This document shows positions 38,005 through 39,233 of a DNA stretch of 39,233 nucleotides, piece after piece; the stretch's first letter is position 1, and each line of letters starts with the position of its first letter. The notes under the pieces are model-generated. The model ran no database searches. It had not been told where the DNA came from and saw nothing but the letters and a program-made list of their open reading frames with translations. A program made the translations under genes and the position numbers. Where the stretch lies: NCBI RefSeq assembly GCF_001194135.2, contig NC_068987.1:101566678-101605910 (forward strand), given 5' to 3'. This stretch comes from Octopus bimaculoides (lineage: Eukaryota).

Positions 38005-38225
38005 AAGCTTTTAGATGATCATACAACTTGCTAGATAGAATAACCAAATCTCTCTCAACATGGAAAATAAAATAAAAATTAAAATGTGGGGACACATGAG
38101 ATAACGTAGTTACTGTAAGGGTTATTAGTATGCCTTAAAATATGATGGGGGATGGTCATGGCGATAACGACTTTCATAATATCTGTTCGATCTTGGCCAA
38201 TTTACGACTAAAAAACAAAAACAAC
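38005..38225 (+). repeat. Dispersed repeat family E copy
   Basis: GCTAGATAGAATAACCAAATCTCTC...GGGACACATGAGATAACGTAGT...GGGGATGGTCATGGC, ending in an A/C-rich tail. Confidence 0.55.
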
Positions 38226-38274
38226 CCTAAACGAAAATAACAGGTGTTCAGAGAATGATTATGTAGTTATTTAT

Positions 38275-38278
38275 CTGT

Positions 38279-38322
<44 letters not shown>

Positions 38323-38502
38323 AAGAGCGTTGAATACCTTGCGGTATTTTGCACATCGGGATGACCTTTGCCTCTTTATCAATCCGTGGTCGATGAATGA
38401 AGTGCCTGTCCAGTAACAGAGTTTCTTCTTCTTCTTCTTCTTCTTCTTCTTCTTCTTCTTCTTCTTCCACTTCTCTATTTGTGCGTGTGTCAATGTATAT
38501 AG

Positions 38503-38533
<31 letters not shown>

Positions 38534-38835
38534 GGCATCTGTGTTGTGTGCTCGTGCGCGTCGTGTGTGTGTATGTGTTTGTGCCTGCGCACGTGTGTCT
38601 CTCTGTATGTGTCTGCGCGCGCACGCATGTGGGTGTTTGGCGTATGGCTGTCTATCTACACACCCATCTCGCTATCGATTCGCACACTCCAATGCATGCA
38701 CGCTCACTTAAACTGCACACCCCACATGCGTTTCTACTAACTGGAGTAGGAGGGAGAGAGAGAGAGAGAGGTAGAGGGAAGAATGAAGAGACAAACAGAC
38801 AGGCAGACACACAAACAGACACACAGACTGACAGA
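38275..38835. repeat. (TG)n, (CTT)n, (GA)n and (GACA)n simple-repeat cluster
   Basis: Direct inspection. Confidence 0.85.
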
Positions 38836-38971
38836 TAATCAGAGAGGTGAGAAGAAAGGCCTTGATACGTAAAAGTTGTGGCACTGCTACACCTAACAGT
38901 AGTTCAACCATCAAATGCGGCGAGGTTTGTCGTGGGGATACCTCAGTCATCAATACTACCTCGAACACCTT

Positions 38972-39112
38972 CACCATCATCATCATTGTCAGCATCATCA
39001 TCATCAGTGTCGTCGTCATCCTTGGCATCATCAACGTCATCATCATGATCATGACCATAATCACCATCACCATCATCATCATCATCATCATCCTGAGAAG
39101 CAGCAGCAGCAG
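38972..39112. repeat. Degenerate (CAT)n/(CAG)n trinucleotide repeat
   Basis: Direct inspection. Confidence 0.9.
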
Positions 39113-39201
39113 TCATTTTAATTGAAGGATATTCCTAATCTAGAGAAAAAAAAGCATTGTTTCGCTGAAGAAAAGTGGACACTTGAACATTATTATTATT
39201 A

Positions 39202-39233
<32 letters not shown>

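Noticed and set aside
38708-39125. His-rich (38915-39121 +), Ile-rich (38847-39125 +) and Met-rich (38708-39091 -) ORFs
   Set aside because: All are reading frames of a degenerate (CAT)n tract, with no domain or splice support.

Overview
AT-rich, microsatellite-dense eukaryotic genomic DNA with six N-gaps. The SINE families and simple-repeat density resemble an octopus (coleoid cephalopod) genome; this is recognition from memory, not a database match. There is one supportable protein-coding feature: the first coding exon (6543-8533, +) of a heparan sulfate glucosamine 3-O-sulfotransferase (HS3ST2/3/4/6-like). It encodes an N-terminal anchor, an unusually long (~580 aa) low-complexity stem and the start of the PAPS-binding catalytic domain, ending at a phase-2 GT donor. 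The remaining catalytic exon(s) were not found, so 8534-39233 is probably one >30 kb intron. That region holds at least five retroposon families, a mariner-derived MITE, hAT-like MITEs and several fold-back structures. The most striking object is a ~460 bp palindromic insertion (20109-20571) bounded by a perfect 12-bp direct repeat. Each arm carries a tRNA-like segment followed by a minimal Penelope-type hammerhead ribozyme motif, suggesting a tRNA-headed, ribozyme-bearing non-autonomous retroelement inserted as an inverted dimer. Family names A-E below are labels I assigned within this window.
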